Assembly: GCA_910584265.1 (NCBI GenBank)
Contig: CAJTZE010000002.1
Location: forward strand, 4,161-68,160
DNA from: an uncultured Dorea sp.
GTDB taxonomy: Bacteria > Bacillota > Clostridia > Lachnospirales > Lachnospiraceae
Length of the DNA stretch: 64,000 bases
Direction: 5' to 3'
Part shown: in pieces, positions 1 through 10,647 of the stretch
How the letters are laid out: every line of letters begins with the position of its first letter
How positions within the stretch are numbered: the first letter of the stretch is position 1
Position numbers and translations under genes: made by a program
Notes under the pieces: generated by a model
Seen by the model: the letters and a program-made list of their open reading frames with translations, nothing else
Database searches by the model: none
Told to the model about the DNA's origin: nothing

Positions 1-989
1 AGAATTACACCTACAATCAAGGATAGCAAGATAACAAGCGTAGGCTCTAATACAGCAAGAATGTTATTCATACGGTTGTCGATGTCCTCCTGATAAAGAG
101 CGGCAACCTGCTCCATAACCTGATCCATCGTACCGGTCTTAGAGCCGATCGAAACCATGCGTGCATAGACTCCCGTAAACATTCCAGAAGTAAATAATGC
201 CTGTGAGAGGTCATTGCCTTCATCGATCTGATTCTGGCACTGGTCAATTTTTTTCTGGAATACCGGGTCGTCATTTAACGAATTAACAAGCTCCATGCTG
301 CGTTCCGGGTTCAGGCCGCTGCTCAGGGTAAGAGCCATGCCGCTTGCAAACCGGCAGACAGCGATTTCTTCATAAACAGCTCTTGTCAGCTTCAGCTTAT
401 AGCCGATCCCCCGGAACATGCTCCGGCCGGAATCGGTATGTGTTCCATAAAATATCAGGACGGCAATGATCACAAGGAGGATGATAAATGCAAGGGAATA
501 GCGGTTAATCGCATTTCCTGCGTTCATCAGCATTCTGGAAAATCCGGTCATCTCCGTTCCAAGCTGGATAAAGACCTGATTGAAGATAGGCATAACCTTT
601 ACCAGAAGAACAACCACGACTACAGCCATCATTCCGGTCATGATCAATGGATATGTAATGGAATTGCGGATGCTCTTGCTGATTGCTTCCTCACGTTCAT
701 AATGGTTCTGGAGAGCCTGCATAACCTCATCAAGAGTACCGGTTTCTTCTCCGATCTCAACCATATGAAGCATATAGGAGGGATAGAGCTTTACGGAGTC
801 AAGAGACTGATATAGGCTTCCGGTTTCCTGCATTTTCTCAAGAAGGGCTTCTAATATCTCCTTCTCATCCGAAGATGCCGCATCCTCCAGCATAATTGTA
901 AGTCCCTCCAGGGAAGAAATGCCTGATTTTAGGATTAGGGCAAGCTGTCCACAGAAGGAAGATAGCTCCATATTGGAAAAAGGTTTCAT
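1..989 (-). CDS. Type II secretion system F family / PilC-like platform protein (3' end runs off the window)
   Basis: Not in the ORF track because it has no stop in the window. Manual translation from ATG 989 (GGAGG RBS upstream): MKPFSNMELSSFCGQLALILKSGISSLEGL...MVEIGEETGTLDEVM, typical GspF/PilC segments. Confidence 0.8.
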   Translation of the reverse strand, partial: MKPFSNMELSSFCGQLALILKSGISSLEGLTIMLEDAASSDEKEILEALLEKMQETGSLYQSLDSVKLYPSYMLHMVEIGEETGTLDEVMQALQNHYEREEAISKSIRNSITYPLIMTGMMAVVVVVLLVKVMPIFNQVFIQLGTEMTGFSRMLMNAGNAINRYSLAFIILLVIIAVLIFYGTHTDSGRSMFRGIGYKLKLTRAVYEEIAVCRFASGMALTLSSGLNPERSMELVNSLNDDPVFQKKIDQCQNQIDEGNDLSQALFTSGMFTGVYARMVSIGSKTGTMDQVMEQVAALYQEDIDNRMNNILAVLEPTLVILLSLIVGVI

Positions 990-1026
990 ACAATAGTCCT
1001 CCGTTTCTAAGATGTTTTAAAATTCT

Positions 1027-1989
1027 TTAATATGAATATTTTATGGTATAGTTGCTTCCGTCGCCAATATATTCTGCGACCGAGCTGCTGCTGTTATTTG
1101 CGGCAAGGGTCGGATCCATGAGAGACCAGGTCTTTCCGTCAAATTCAATAATATCATCTACCCATCCGATTTCTTTTAGATAGACGCTGATCCATGCGTG
1201 GTAAGCATCACCGGAATAACCGACAACCAGCTTGGCAGGAACCCCCTGTGAGCGGAGCATGGCGGCCATGAGGGATGCGTAGTCAAAGCAGATGCCCTTT
1301 TTCGTGCTCATGGTTGTATCAATATTCGGCAGATAATTGGTTTTCACATTAGCGGCAAGCTCTTCATCATAGGAGATGTTATCTATGACATACTCATAAA
1401 CATGCTCCACATAGTCCAGATCATCGGAAGAGTCCTCAGAAAGACTGGCTGCATATTCCACAGCCTTGTAATCCTGCGTGAACCACACAAACTGGTTGGG
1501 ATACAAAAAAGGCCGGAATTCGTCGTTAAGCGTAACGCTGATATCCTGAGAAAATGCGATTGCATATAAATCGTCGTAGGCATTCTCCAGTACATCAATG
1601 TGATAACTGCCGTCCCCTCCGGATAAAGGAAATGTCTCATAAGAGCCGGCGGCGAGTGCATAGGTATAGGTGGTTCCGCCCGGGACGGTTATCTGTACAC
1701 GGATTTGTTCAATTCCTCCGCTATATTGAATCATAACATAGCCTTCTGAAACGTTAGAAGCGTCAATAGAAACAATATCGTTTCCATAGACAACGGTTCC
1801 CGCAGCTTCAGGAAGGAGATATTCGTGAACTGTTGTCCGTTTTTCTCCTTTGGAATCCTTCTTGGACGAAGAAGAGCCGGAAAGGCCTGTTGAAGCGCCT
1901 TCTGAGGATTTTACGGAACAGCCGGCAAAAAAGAGGACTGATAAAACCAAGATGACAGATAAATAAGTCATAAATAGTTTTTTACACAT
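1027..1989 (-). CDS. Transglutaminase-like domain lipoprotein
   Basis: Lipobox FAGC; GICFDYASLMAAMLRSQGVPAKLVVG...YHAW...DPT catalytic Cys-His-Asp motifs. Confidence 0.85.
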   Translation of the reverse strand: MCKKLFMTYLSVILVLSVLFFAGCSVKSSEGASTGLSGSSSSKKDSKGEKRTTVHEYLLPEAAGTVVYGNDIVSIDASNVSEGYVMIQYSGGIEQIRVQITVPGGTTYTYALAAGSYETFPLSGGDGSYHIDVLENAYDDLYAIAFSQDISVTLNDEFRPFLYPNQFVWFTQDYKAVEYAASLSEDSSDDLDYVEHVYEYVIDNISYDEELAANVKTNYLPNIDTTMSTKKGICFDYASLMAAMLRSQGVPAKLVVGYSGDAYHAWISVYLKEIGWVDDIIEFDGKTWSLMDPTLAANNSSSSVAEYIGDGSNYTIKYSY

Positions 1990-2126
1990 ATGCAGCCTCC
2001 TCTCGTTTAAAGTATAGTTCTATGAATTAACGTTCTATTTCAGTATAACATAGATTTTAAATATTGCAGTATTTTTTTCTGAAAAGAGAAAAGGAAACTG
2101 GACTTCTATATTTGGGAAATTAAAAT

Positions 2127-2154
2127 GGAAGCCGGTTTCTAAAGTCCGGCTTCC
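2127..2154 (-). terminator. Probable intrinsic terminator
   Basis: GGAAGCCGG-N10-CCGGCTTCC stem just past the stop of 2158..3036, followed by a T-rich tract on the minus strand. Confidence 0.6.
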
Positions 2155-2157
2155 GTA

Positions 2158-3036
2158 TTATTTTGTATAGAGATATCCTTCTCTGCTTGTATATACGGGA
2201 TTATCAGGATGAACCTCAATAAAAAAGAGCTCTGTGAGACAGTCAAATGCACCGTCGTCTATGCGGATGATGTTTGCAGGAATATAGATTTCATAAACCT
2301 GTTGTGAAGAAAGCGGTGCAAGAGCGCCTGCCGCAATGCCTGTACAGGCCGCATCGGAAGGAAGGCGTAATACGCCGTCTATTAATGAGACATTTTGACA
2401 GCCGATAATCTTTCCTGAAGCATCACAGAGAAATCCGCCGCACAAGAATTCCTGCGGTTCCGTCTCTTCTTCTGAGGGATTCTGTCCGGTATCAGGAACA
2501 GATGCCGCGCCGTCGAAGATTGATTCCGGCTCTTTCGGGATCACGGGTTGTTCTGGAATTATGGCTGAAGGCTCTTTTGGAGCGGCCGGGACCGGAGGTA
2601 TGTCTGCCGGGACTGCCAGGGAAAGTTCAACAGTTTTATCCGCCTGCACAGGGGCCGGTTTTGGAACTGCAGGCAGCGGGAATACCTGAGTAAGCTTATT
2701 CTCAGCCTTGATCCCGGAAAGCCTTTTCGGCTGGATTCCAGCATTGTCTCCTGCTGTCAGGGAAAAGGTTTCGGCAATGTCCAGAATCCTGATTTTGGGT
2801 ATATTCAGGTCATCTGCCGCGGCCTCCGTTATCCGCAGATCTGTAGTATGGTTTCCGGCCAGAATGCATAACAGCATTACAGCCAGAAGTGTTCCGAATA
2901 TATCGATCAGTTTTCTGTTGTCCAGTCTATTGTTTAGTAGTATTTCATGATGTATTCTCATATATGCAAACATATATTTATTATAAAAGCCTGAGATACG
3001 GGAAACAATGGATAGACAGGTGTCTTTTTGGCACAT
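2158..3036 (-). CDS. Membrane-anchored hypothetical protein with Pro-rich linker and C-terminal BspA/LRR-like segment (start uncertain, possibly 2961)
   Basis: One N-terminal TM, Pro/Ala/Glu-rich spacer, IYIPANIIRIDDGAFDCL resembles an LRR_5 unit. Confidence 0.55.
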   Translation of the reverse strand: MCQKDTCLSIVSRISGFYNKYMFAYMRIHHEILLNNRLDNRKLIDIFGTLLAVMLLCILAGNHTTDLRITEAAADDLNIPKIRILDIAETFSLTAGDNAGIQPKRLSGIKAENKLTQVFPLPAVPKPAPVQADKTVELSLAVPADIPPVPAAPKEPSAIIPEQPVIPKEPESIFDGAASVPDTGQNPSEEETEPQEFLCGGFLCDASGKIIGCQNVSLIDGVLRLPSDAACTGIAAGALAPLSSQQVYEIYIPANIIRIDDGAFDCLTELFFIEVHPDNPVYTSREGYLYTK

Positions 3037-3161
3037 ATATGTGCGGTGATGCGAAGAGGACCGGGAAAGGAATACCAGATCCGGAGAGTATGGTAGTAGA
3101 TAGTCCGCCTTGTGTATTTTACCGATTTACTTTATAATAGCTGTTAGGAAATGAGTGGCAA

Positions 3162-4613
3162 TTGACAGAGTATTTATGGAGGCATCATATGAGACGATTG
3201 ACGCAGATAACGGCCGTAATTTTGACTGCCGTGCTGCTTGGTATGATCGCGGCCGGGCATGCAGGATTCGTGTCCGAGGCTTCGGAGAATGCCGGGGAAC
3301 AAGAAAAGCCGGAGAGCGAGATGACTGAAGAGGAAAAAGCGGAGAAGGCGGCAAAGGAAGCCCGCGAAAAGGCGTTGAAGGAGGCTTATGAGCTGCCGGT
3401 ACAGACGAATGAGTTAAAGAGCTGGCCCGAGGGACCGGGTACATATGGGGACGCTGCAATTGTGATGGATGCTGACAGCGGTGCCATTCTGTACGCAAAG
3501 AATATCGATAAGCATGAATATCCGGCAAGTATTACGAAGGTATTGACGGCGCTTCTGGCATTTCAGTACGGGGATATGTCCAGCCAGGTGGTGGTCTCGG
3601 AGCAGGCGCTGGCATGCTTAGGCTCCGGCTATGCTTCTATCGGACTGAAGGCAGGGAATGTAATTACGCTGGAGCAGGCGGTGTATGCAATGCTTCTTGC
3701 ATCGGCAAATGAAGCGGCCTACTCGGTGGGCGAGTCTGTTGCGGCCAGCCAGGGACAGGGTTATGACTGGTTTATCAGCCGGATGAATGAGAAATGCGCA
3801 GAGCTTGGGGGAGCAAATTCAAATTTTGTAAATACAAATGGTGTGTTTGATGAGAATCATTTTACCTGTGCCAGAGATATGGCGCTGATCGGGAGGGCGC
3901 TGTTTGATTATCCGATGTTTTCACAGATCTGCCAGACGCAGCAATATACGATACCGGCATCTGATACCGTTGAGGAACATGTGTTTCAACAGAAGCATCA
4001 TATGCTGATCCAGGGGAATGAAGATTACTATGAGTATGCCGCCGCCGGCAAGACAGGTTATACGACAGAGGCAGAGAATACATTGATCACGCTGGCAGAT
4101 AATGGAGAGAAGCGTCTGGTGTGCGTGGTCCTGCGGACCTACGGAGGACATCCGTATACGGATACAAGGGCGCTGTTAGAGTATGGATTCGGTAATTTTC
4201 AGAAGGTTCTGCTAGAGGAGCATGATGAAGAAATGGAATTTAGCAGGATTGCAGACGGCGCGTATGTGATGCTTCCGGAGAAGGTCTCATTTGAGAAGCT
4301 TGACCGTGAGGTTGTGCTCCATGAGGACGGGACGGATGATGCAACAGTATCTTATTTTTATAAGGATATGCCGGTTGGGACCTGTGAGGTGACAGTCAGC
4401 GAAAATTATTATAATAAAGGAAAAGAGGAAGTTCAGGAAGAAGAGCCGGAGGAGAAGAAAACAGAACCGCAGGAAGAAAAGAAAGATAGCAAAGAGCGGT
4501 ATAAAGCGGCCGCGGCTATCGGTATCGCGGCTGTACTTGCAGTCTGCGCTGCAATAACAGCTGTCGTGACGAATATTTCCCGAAAAAGAAAGGAAAAGCG
4601 CAGACGGCGCTAG
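3162..4613 (+). CDS. D-alanyl-D-alanine carboxypeptidase (peptidase S11)
   Basis: SxxK (PASITK), SxN (SANE) and KTG (GKTGYT) motifs; C-terminal TM plus basic tail. Confidence 0.9.
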   Translation: MTEYLWRHHMRRLTQITAVILTAVLLGMIAAGHAGFVSEASENAGEQEKPESEMTEEEKAEKAAKEAREKALKEAYELPVQTNELKSWPEGPGTYGDAAIVMDADSGAILYAKNIDKHEYPASITKVLTALLAFQYGDMSSQVVVSEQALACLGSGYASIGLKAGNVITLEQAVYAMLLASANEAAYSVGESVAASQGQGYDWFISRMNEKCAELGGANSNFVNTNGVFDENHFTCARDMALIGRALFDYPMFSQICQTQQYTIPASDTVEEHVFQQKHHMLIQGNEDYYEYAAAGKTGYTTEAENTLITLADNGEKRLVCVVLRTYGGHPYTDTRALLEYGFGNFQKVLLEEHDEEMEFSRIADGAYVMLPEKVSFEKLDREVVLHEDGTDDATVSYFYKDMPVGTCEVTVSENYYNKGKEEVQEEEPEEKKTEPQEEKKDSKERYKAAAAIGIAAVLAVCAAITAVVTNISRKRKEKRRRR

Positions 4614-4620
4614 AAAACTC

Positions 4621-4650
4621 TTGACGGATTCCGGTTTTGCCGCCTATAAT
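4621..4650 (+). promoter_or_regulatory. SigA-type promoter of the ileS leader
   Basis: TTGACG-18 nt-TATAAT. Confidence 0.7.
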
Positions 4651-4659
4651 TACAGAGTG

Positions 4660-4915
4660 TAAAAATGTTGACGAAGACAGTAGGATGTTCCTAAAGTTTC
4701 AGCGAGCCGGAGATGGTGGAAGACCGGTACGAGTAAGGACAGTCTGAAGATCACTTCCGAGTTGCGGCTATCGAACGTTTTTTTCAATTATGAAAGGGGC
4801 TGGTAGATGCCGACGGAGTTCCCCCGTTACAGGGAAGACATATTATGAGGTATGTTTAGGTGGTTTATAAACGAAGCAGTTAAGCCTTCGTCCTATTCAG
4901 GACGGAGGTTTTTTT
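4660..4915 (+). ncRNA. T-box riboswitch (Ile specifier) with intrinsic terminator
   Basis: Stem I AG-box/GNTG-type motifs (AGCGAGCCGG, GATGGTGGAAG), specifier loop GAAG-ATC-AC (ATC=Ile), GGTGG T-box at 4859, terminator CCTTCGTCCT/AGGACGGAGG plus T-run at 4885-4915, upstream of ileS. Confidence 0.85.
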
Positions 4916-4943
4916 GTTCTAAAGTGGAAAAAGGAGGTTGATT

Positions 4944-7900
4944 ATGTATAAGAAAGTTTCTACGGATTTGAAGTTCGTAGACCGCGAAAAGGAAATTGAG
5001 AAATTCTGGGAAGAAAATCATATTTTTGAAAAGAGTATGGAAACCCGCAGAGACAGCGAGACCTATACATTTTATGACGGTCCTCCGACAGCCAACGGAA
5101 AGCCGCACATCGGTCATGTGCTTACCCGCGTTATCAAGGATATGATTCCAAGATACCGCACTATGAAGGGGTATATGGTTCCGCGCAAGGCAGGATGGGA
5201 TACCCACGGCCTTCCGGTAGAGCTGGAGGTAGAAAAGCTGCTGGGCTTGGACGGCAAGGATCAGATCGAGGAATACGGGCTGGAGCCGTTTATCAACAAA
5301 TGTAAAGAGAGTGTCTGGAAATATAAGGGTATGTGGGAGGATTTCTCCAGTACCGTCGGTTTCTGGGCAGATATGGAGAATCCTTATGTAACTTACCACA
5401 ATGATTTTATTGAGTCAGAATGGTGGGCGCTTAAGAAAATCTGGGATAAAGGACTTCTTTATAAGGGCTTTAAGATCGTACCTTACTGCCCGCGCTGCGG
5501 TACGCCGCTTTCTGCGCAGGAGGTGGCTCAAGGGTACAAGGATGTGAAGGAACGATCTGCAATTGTCCGTTTTAAGGTGAAGAATGAGGACGCGTATATC
5601 CTTGCATGGACCACAACGCCATGGACGCTTCCGTCAAATATTGGTCTGTGCGTGAACCCGAAGGAAGAATATGCAAAGGTAAAATGTGCAGATGGGTATA
5701 TTTATTATATGGCATCTGCGCTTCTTGATACGGTTCTTGGCGGATGCGCTGAGAAGGCAGGAACGGAAGGGCCGGATTATGAGGTCCTCGAGACCTATCA
5801 GGGAAGTGAATTAGAATACAAGGAGTATGAGCCTTTATATGAGTGTGCATACGAATGTGCTTCTAAGCAGAATAAAAAGGCATTCTTTGTGACCTGTGAT
5901 TCCTATGTAACATTAACAGATGGTACCGGCGTAGTTCACATTGCACCTGCTTTTGGTGAGGATGATGCTAAGGTCGGACGTAAATACGATATGCCCTTCG
6001 TACAGCTGGTAGATGAGAAGGGAAATATGAGTGAGACAACTCCATTCGCTGGTTTGTTTGTAAAGAAGGCAGACCCGGAGGTATTGAAGGATCTGGATGC
6101 GAGAGGCCTGCTGTTTGAGGCTCCAAAATTCGAGCACAGCTATCCCCACTGCTGGAGATGTGATACACCGTTGATCTACTACGCAAGAGAGTCCTGGTTT
6201 ATCAAGATGACGGATGTAAAAGAGGACTTGATCGCCAATAACAATACGATTAACTGGATTCCTGAGAGCATTGGTAAGGGACGCTTTGGTGACTGGCTGG
6301 AGAATGTCCAGGACTGGGGTATCAGCCGGAACCGTTACTGGGGTACGCCGCTGAATATCTGGGAGTGTGAATGCGGACACCAGCATTCTATCGGAAGTAT
6401 CGAGGAATTAAAGAGCATGTCGGATAACTGCCCGGAGGATATTGAGCTTCACCGTCCTTATATTGATGAGGTAACTATCCGGTGCCCGAAATGCGGAAAA
6501 GAGATGCACCGTGTTCCGGAAGTAATTGACTGCTGGTTTGACAGCGGTTCCATGCCGTTTGCACAGCATCACTATCCATTTGAGAATAAAGAACTGTTTG
6601 AGCAGCAGTTCCCAGCGGCATTTATTTCCGAGGCCGTTGACCAGACCCGCGGATGGTTCTATTCACTGCTTGCAATTTCTACCTTGATTTTTAATGAGGC
6701 GCCTTACAAGAATGTTATCGTGCTCGGACATGTACAGGATGAGAACGGGCAGAAGATGAGCAAGTCCAAGGGAAATGCAGTTGACCCGTTTGAGGCATTA
6801 GAAACCTACGGCGCAGATGCAATCCGCTGGTATTTCTATGTAAACAGCGCGCCGTGGCTTCCGAACCGGTTCCACGGGAAAGCGGTGGTAGAGGGGCAGC
6901 GTAAGTTCATGGGTACGCTGTGGAACACCTATGCATTTTTTGTGCTGTATGCAAATATTGATGAATTTGATGCGTCTCAATATGCATTAGAATATGATAA
7001 ATTATCGGTTATGGATAAGTGGCTGTTATCCAAGCTGAATACGGTGATCAAAACGGTGGATGAGAATCTTGGAAATTACCGTATTCCAGAGGCGGCAAGA
7101 GCTCTGCAGGATTTTGTGGACGACATGAGCAACTGGTATGTAAGAAGGAGCCGTGAACGTTTCTGGGCGAAGGGAATGGAGCAGGATAAGATTAATGCTT
7201 ATATGACTCTGTATACGGCATTGGTAGAATGCAGTAAGGCGGCAGCGCCGATGATTCCGTTTATGACAGAACAGATTTACCAGAATCTGGTAAGAAGTGT
7301 AGATCCAAAAGCACCGGAAAGTATCCATCTGTGCAGTTTCCCGGCTGTTGATGAGGCGAGGATCGATAAAGAGCTGGAAGCACATATGGAGGAGGTCTTA
7401 AAGCTGGTTGTAATGGGCCGTGCCTGCCGTAATACAGCAAATATCAAGAACCGTCAGCCGATCGGCCGGATGTTTGTAAAAGCAGACTTTACCCTGCCGG
7501 AATTTTATCAGGATATTGTTAAGGATGAGCTGAATGTAAAAGCTGTAACATTTACACAAGATGTACGGGATTTTACGTCTTATTCTTTTAAACCTCAGCT
7601 AAAGACAGTAGGGCCAAAATATGGTAAAATGTTAGGTGGGATTAAGACCGCGCTCAGTGAGCTGGATGGTAATGCTGCTATGGATGAAGTAAATGCAGAT
7701 AGCGCTTTGAAGCTCACGGTAAACGGACAGGAGATCACCTTATTCCGGGAAGACCTTCTGATTGAAACAGCCCAGATGGAAGGCTATGTATCTGAGAATG
7801 ACAATAGGATTACGGTTGTTCTGGATACCAATCTGTCAGAAGAGCTTCTTGAAGAAGGCTTTGTCCGTGAGATTATCAGCAAGGTTCAGACCATGCGTAA

Positions 7901-8105
7901 GGAGGCAGACTTTGAAGTGATGGATCAGATTGCCATTACTTACGAAGGAAGAGGGAAGGCGGCCAGAGTATTTGCAGACCACGCGGATACGATTGGTTCG
8001 GAAACTCTTGCGCAGACCGTTACAGAAAAAACTCCTGCCGGATATGTGAAGGAGTGGAAGATCAACGGGGAGAAAGTGACACTCGGTGTAGAAAAATTAG
8101 GATAA
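4944..8105 (+). CDS. ileS: Isoleucine--tRNA ligase (IleRS2 type)
   Basis: HIGH and KMSKS motifs, WTTTPWTLP editing motif, about 1050 aa, no C-terminal Zn finger; RBS GGAGG before ATG 4944. Confidence 0.97.
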   Translation: MYKKVSTDLKFVDREKEIEKFWEENHIFEKSMETRRDSETYTFYDGPPTANGKPHIGHVLTRVIKDMIPRYRTMKGYMVPRKAGWDTHGLPVELEVEKLLGLDGKDQIEEYGLEPFINKCKESVWKYKGMWEDFSSTVGFWADMENPYVTYHNDFIESEWWALKKIWDKGLLYKGFKIVPYCPRCGTPLSAQEVAQGYKDVKERSAIVRFKVKNEDAYILAWTTTPWTLPSNIGLCVNPKEEYAKVKCADGYIYYMASALLDTVLGGCAEKAGTEGPDYEVLETYQGSELEYKEYEPLYECAYECASKQNKKAFFVTCDSYVTLTDGTGVVHIAPAFGEDDAKVGRKYDMPFVQLVDEKGNMSETTPFAGLFVKKADPEVLKDLDARGLLFEAPKFEHSYPHCWRCDTPLIYYARESWFIKMTDVKEDLIANNNTINWIPESIGKGRFGDWLENVQDWGISRNRYWGTPLNIWECECGHQHSIGSIEELKSMSDNCPEDIELHRPYIDEVTIRCPKCGKEMHRVPEVIDCWFDSGSMPFAQHHYPFENKELFEQQFPAAFISEAVDQTRGWFYSLLAISTLIFNEAPYKNVIVLGHVQDENGQKMSKSKGNAVDPFEALETYGADAIRWYFYVNSAPWLPNRFHGKAVVEGQRKFMGTLWNTYAFFVLYANIDEFDASQYALEYDKLSVMDKWLLSKLNTVIKTVDENLGNYRIPEAARALQDFVDDMSNWYVRRSRERFWAKGMEQDKINAYMTLYTALVECSKAAAPMIPFMTEQIYQNLVRSVDPKAPESIHLCSFPAVDEARIDKELEAHMEEVLKLVVMGRACRNTANIKNRQPIGRMFVKADFTLPEFYQDIVKDELNVKAVTFTQDVRDFTSYSFKPQLKTVGPKYGKMLGGIKTALSELDGNAAMDEVNADSALKLTVNGQEITLFREDLLIETAQMEGYVSENDNRITVVLDTNLSEELLEEGFVREIISKVQTMRKEADFEVMDQIAITYEGRGKAARVFADHADTIGSETLAQTVTEKTPAGYVKEWKINGEKVTLGVEKLG

Positions 8106-8121
8106 GAGGGAATGATAAGCT

Positions 8122-10590
8122 ATGAATGCAAGATTTGATAAGGTAACCTTTAAGAAAGAGGTAATGGATAACTGCAGACGCCTGTTCCGTAAGGAATTGG
8201 AGGAGGCTTCTCCTCAGGAGCAGTTTCAGGCAGTTTCTTATGCGGTAAAAGAAGCGATCATTGATAATTGGATGGCAACCCAGAAGCAGTATGATAAGGA
8301 AGATCCGAAAATCGTATATTATATGTCCATGGAGTTTTTGATGGGCCGTGCGCTCGGCAATAATCTGATCAATATGACTGCCTATAAGGAAGTGAAAGAG
8401 GCTCTTGACGAGATGAATATCAACCTGAACTGCATTGAGGATCAGGAGCTTGATCCGGCGCTTGGAAACGGCGGTCTGGGACGTCTGGCCGCATGCTTTC
8501 TGGATTCATTGGCATCTCTCGGCTATGCGGCCTATGGATGCGGTATCCGTTATCACTATGGTATGTTCAAACAGCAGATTGAGAATGGCTATCAGGTTGA
8601 GAAGCCGGATAACTGGTTGAGATACGGTAATCCTTTCGAGCTTAGAAGGCCGGAATATGCGAAGGAAATCCGCTTTGGCGGTAATATCCGCGTTGAATAT
8701 GATGATGCAACAGGAAAGACCGTTTTTAAGCAGGAAAATTACGAGTCGGTTCTTGCCGTACCGTATGATTATCCGATAGTCGGTTATAACAATAACCAGG
8801 TTAATACACTTCGTATCTGGGATGCAGAGCCGATCGTTGACTTCCAGTTAGAGTCTTTTGACAGGGGAGATTATCTGAAAGCGGTTGAGCAGCAGAATCT
8901 TGCAAAGACGATTGTGGATGTGCTGTATCCGAATGATAACCACTATGCAGGAAAAGAGCTTCGGCTGAAACAGCAGTATTTCTTTGTATCTGCAAGCCTT
9001 CAGGCAGCAGTTGCCAAGTATATGGGAGATCATGCTGATGTGCGTAAGCTGTATGAGAAGGCAACCTTCCAGATGAACGATACCCATCCGACGGTTGCAG
9101 TTGCAGAGCTTATGAGGATCCTTCTGGATGATTATCAGCTGGAGTGGCATGAAGCATGGGATGTTACCACAAAGTCATGTGCATACACGAACCACACGAT
9201 TATGGCTGAAGCGCTTGAGAAGTGGCCGGTCGATCTGTTCTCCAAGCTGCTTCCAAGAGTATACCAGATCATCCAGGAGATTGACCGCCGCTTCCTGCTT
9301 CAGGTGGAGGCTGCATATCCGGGTAATCAGGAGAAGGTTAAGAATATGGCGATCATCCGGGACGGCCAGGTGAAGATGGCACATCTTGCTATCGTTGCGG
9401 GTTATTCTGTAAATGGTGTTGCAAGGCTTCATACAGAGATTCTCAAAAAGCGTGAGCTGAAGGATTTCTATGAATTGATGCCTCAGAAATTTAATAACAA
9501 GACGAATGGTATCACACAGAGGCGTTTCCTGATGCACGGTAATCCGCTGCTCGCTGACTGGGTAACAAGGAAGCTTGGAACCGATAAATGGGCAACCGAC
9601 CTGTCGCTGATGTCAGGCCTTAAGAAATATGCAGATGACGAGCAGGCGCTGAAGGAATTCATGGAGATCAAGTATAAGAACAAAGAGCGTCTTGCCGCTT
9701 ATATCTTACAGCATAACGGTATTGAGGTGGATCCGCGTTCTATGTTTGATGTACAGGTTAAGAGGCTTCACGAGTACAAACGCCAGCTTTTGAACATTCT
9801 GCATGTGATGTATCTGTATAATAAGATCAAAGATAATCCGGAGATGGAGTTTTACCCAAGAACATTTATTTTTGGCGCTAAGGCATCTGCAGGATATATC
9901 CGTGCTAAGGAGATTATCAAGCTGATCAATTCCGTTGCCGAGGTTGTAAACAATGATCAGAATGTAAATGGTAAATTGAAGGTTATATTTATCGAGGATT
10001 ACCGTGTATCCAATGCAGAATTGATTTTTGCGGCAGCAGATGTGAGTGAACAGATTTCTACTGCATCTAAGGAGGCATCCGGAACAGGTAATATGAAGTT
10101 CATGCTGAACGGCGCTCCTACGATTGGAACCATGGACGGCGCGAATGTGGAGATCGTAGAGGAGGTCGGCGGAGAAAATGCATTTATCTTCGGCCTGAGC
10201 TCAGATGAGGTTATGAATTACGAGAAAAACGGCGGATATAATCCATACGATATCTATAACAATGATGAAGAAATCCGCAGAGTGGTAAATCAGCTTGTGG
10301 ACGGTACCTATGCAAATGGTGATACCGAGAGATACCGCGATCTGTACAACTGCCTGCTGAACAATAAAGGCAGCGACCGTCCGGATATGTATTTTATCTT
10401 GAAGGATTTCCGTGCCTATGCAGAGGCTCAGGAGAGAGTTGAGGAGGCATACCGAGACAAAGAGGGCTGGGCGAAGAAAGCACTTCTTAACACAGCCTGC
10501 TGCGGTAAATTCTCTTCTGACAGAACAATTGAAGAATATGTAGCTGATATCTGGCATCTGGATAAGATTACCGTTGATGCGGACAGGTAA
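8122..10590 (+). CDS. glgP: Glycogen/starch phosphorylase
   Basis: GNGGLGRLAACF, KRLHEYKRQ and EASGTGNMKF PLP-site motifs. Confidence 0.95.
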   Translation: MNARFDKVTFKKEVMDNCRRLFRKELEEASPQEQFQAVSYAVKEAIIDNWMATQKQYDKEDPKIVYYMSMEFLMGRALGNNLINMTAYKEVKEALDEMNINLNCIEDQELDPALGNGGLGRLAACFLDSLASLGYAAYGCGIRYHYGMFKQQIENGYQVEKPDNWLRYGNPFELRRPEYAKEIRFGGNIRVEYDDATGKTVFKQENYESVLAVPYDYPIVGYNNNQVNTLRIWDAEPIVDFQLESFDRGDYLKAVEQQNLAKTIVDVLYPNDNHYAGKELRLKQQYFFVSASLQAAVAKYMGDHADVRKLYEKATFQMNDTHPTVAVAELMRILLDDYQLEWHEAWDVTTKSCAYTNHTIMAEALEKWPVDLFSKLLPRVYQIIQEIDRRFLLQVEAAYPGNQEKVKNMAIIRDGQVKMAHLAIVAGYSVNGVARLHTEILKKRELKDFYELMPQKFNNKTNGITQRRFLMHGNPLLADWVTRKLGTDKWATDLSLMSGLKKYADDEQALKEFMEIKYKNKERLAAYILQHNGIEVDPRSMFDVQVKRLHEYKRQLLNILHVMYLYNKIKDNPEMEFYPRTFIFGAKASAGYIRAKEIIKLINSVAEVVNNDQNVNGKLKVIFIEDYRVSNAELIFAAADVSEQISTASKEASGTGNMKFMLNGAPTIGTMDGANVEIVEEVGGENAFIFGLSSDEVMNYEKNGGYNPYDIYNNDEEIRRVVNQLVDGTYANGDTERYRDLYNCLLNNKGSDRPDMYFILKDFRAYAEAQERVEEAYRDKEGWAKKALLNTACCGKFSSDRTIEEYVADIWHLDKITVDADR

Positions 10591-10598
10591 TTTTCAGG

Positions 10599-10626
10599 GC
10601 ATAAAATGCAGAGCTCTCTCATACAT
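10599..10626 (+). promoter_or_regulatory. SigE-like sporulation promoter
   Basis: GCATA...CATACAT upstream of the spoIID-like gene, matching the B. subtilis SigE consensus. Confidence 0.55.
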
Positions 10627-10647
10627 TAACGTATGGGAGGGCTTTTT

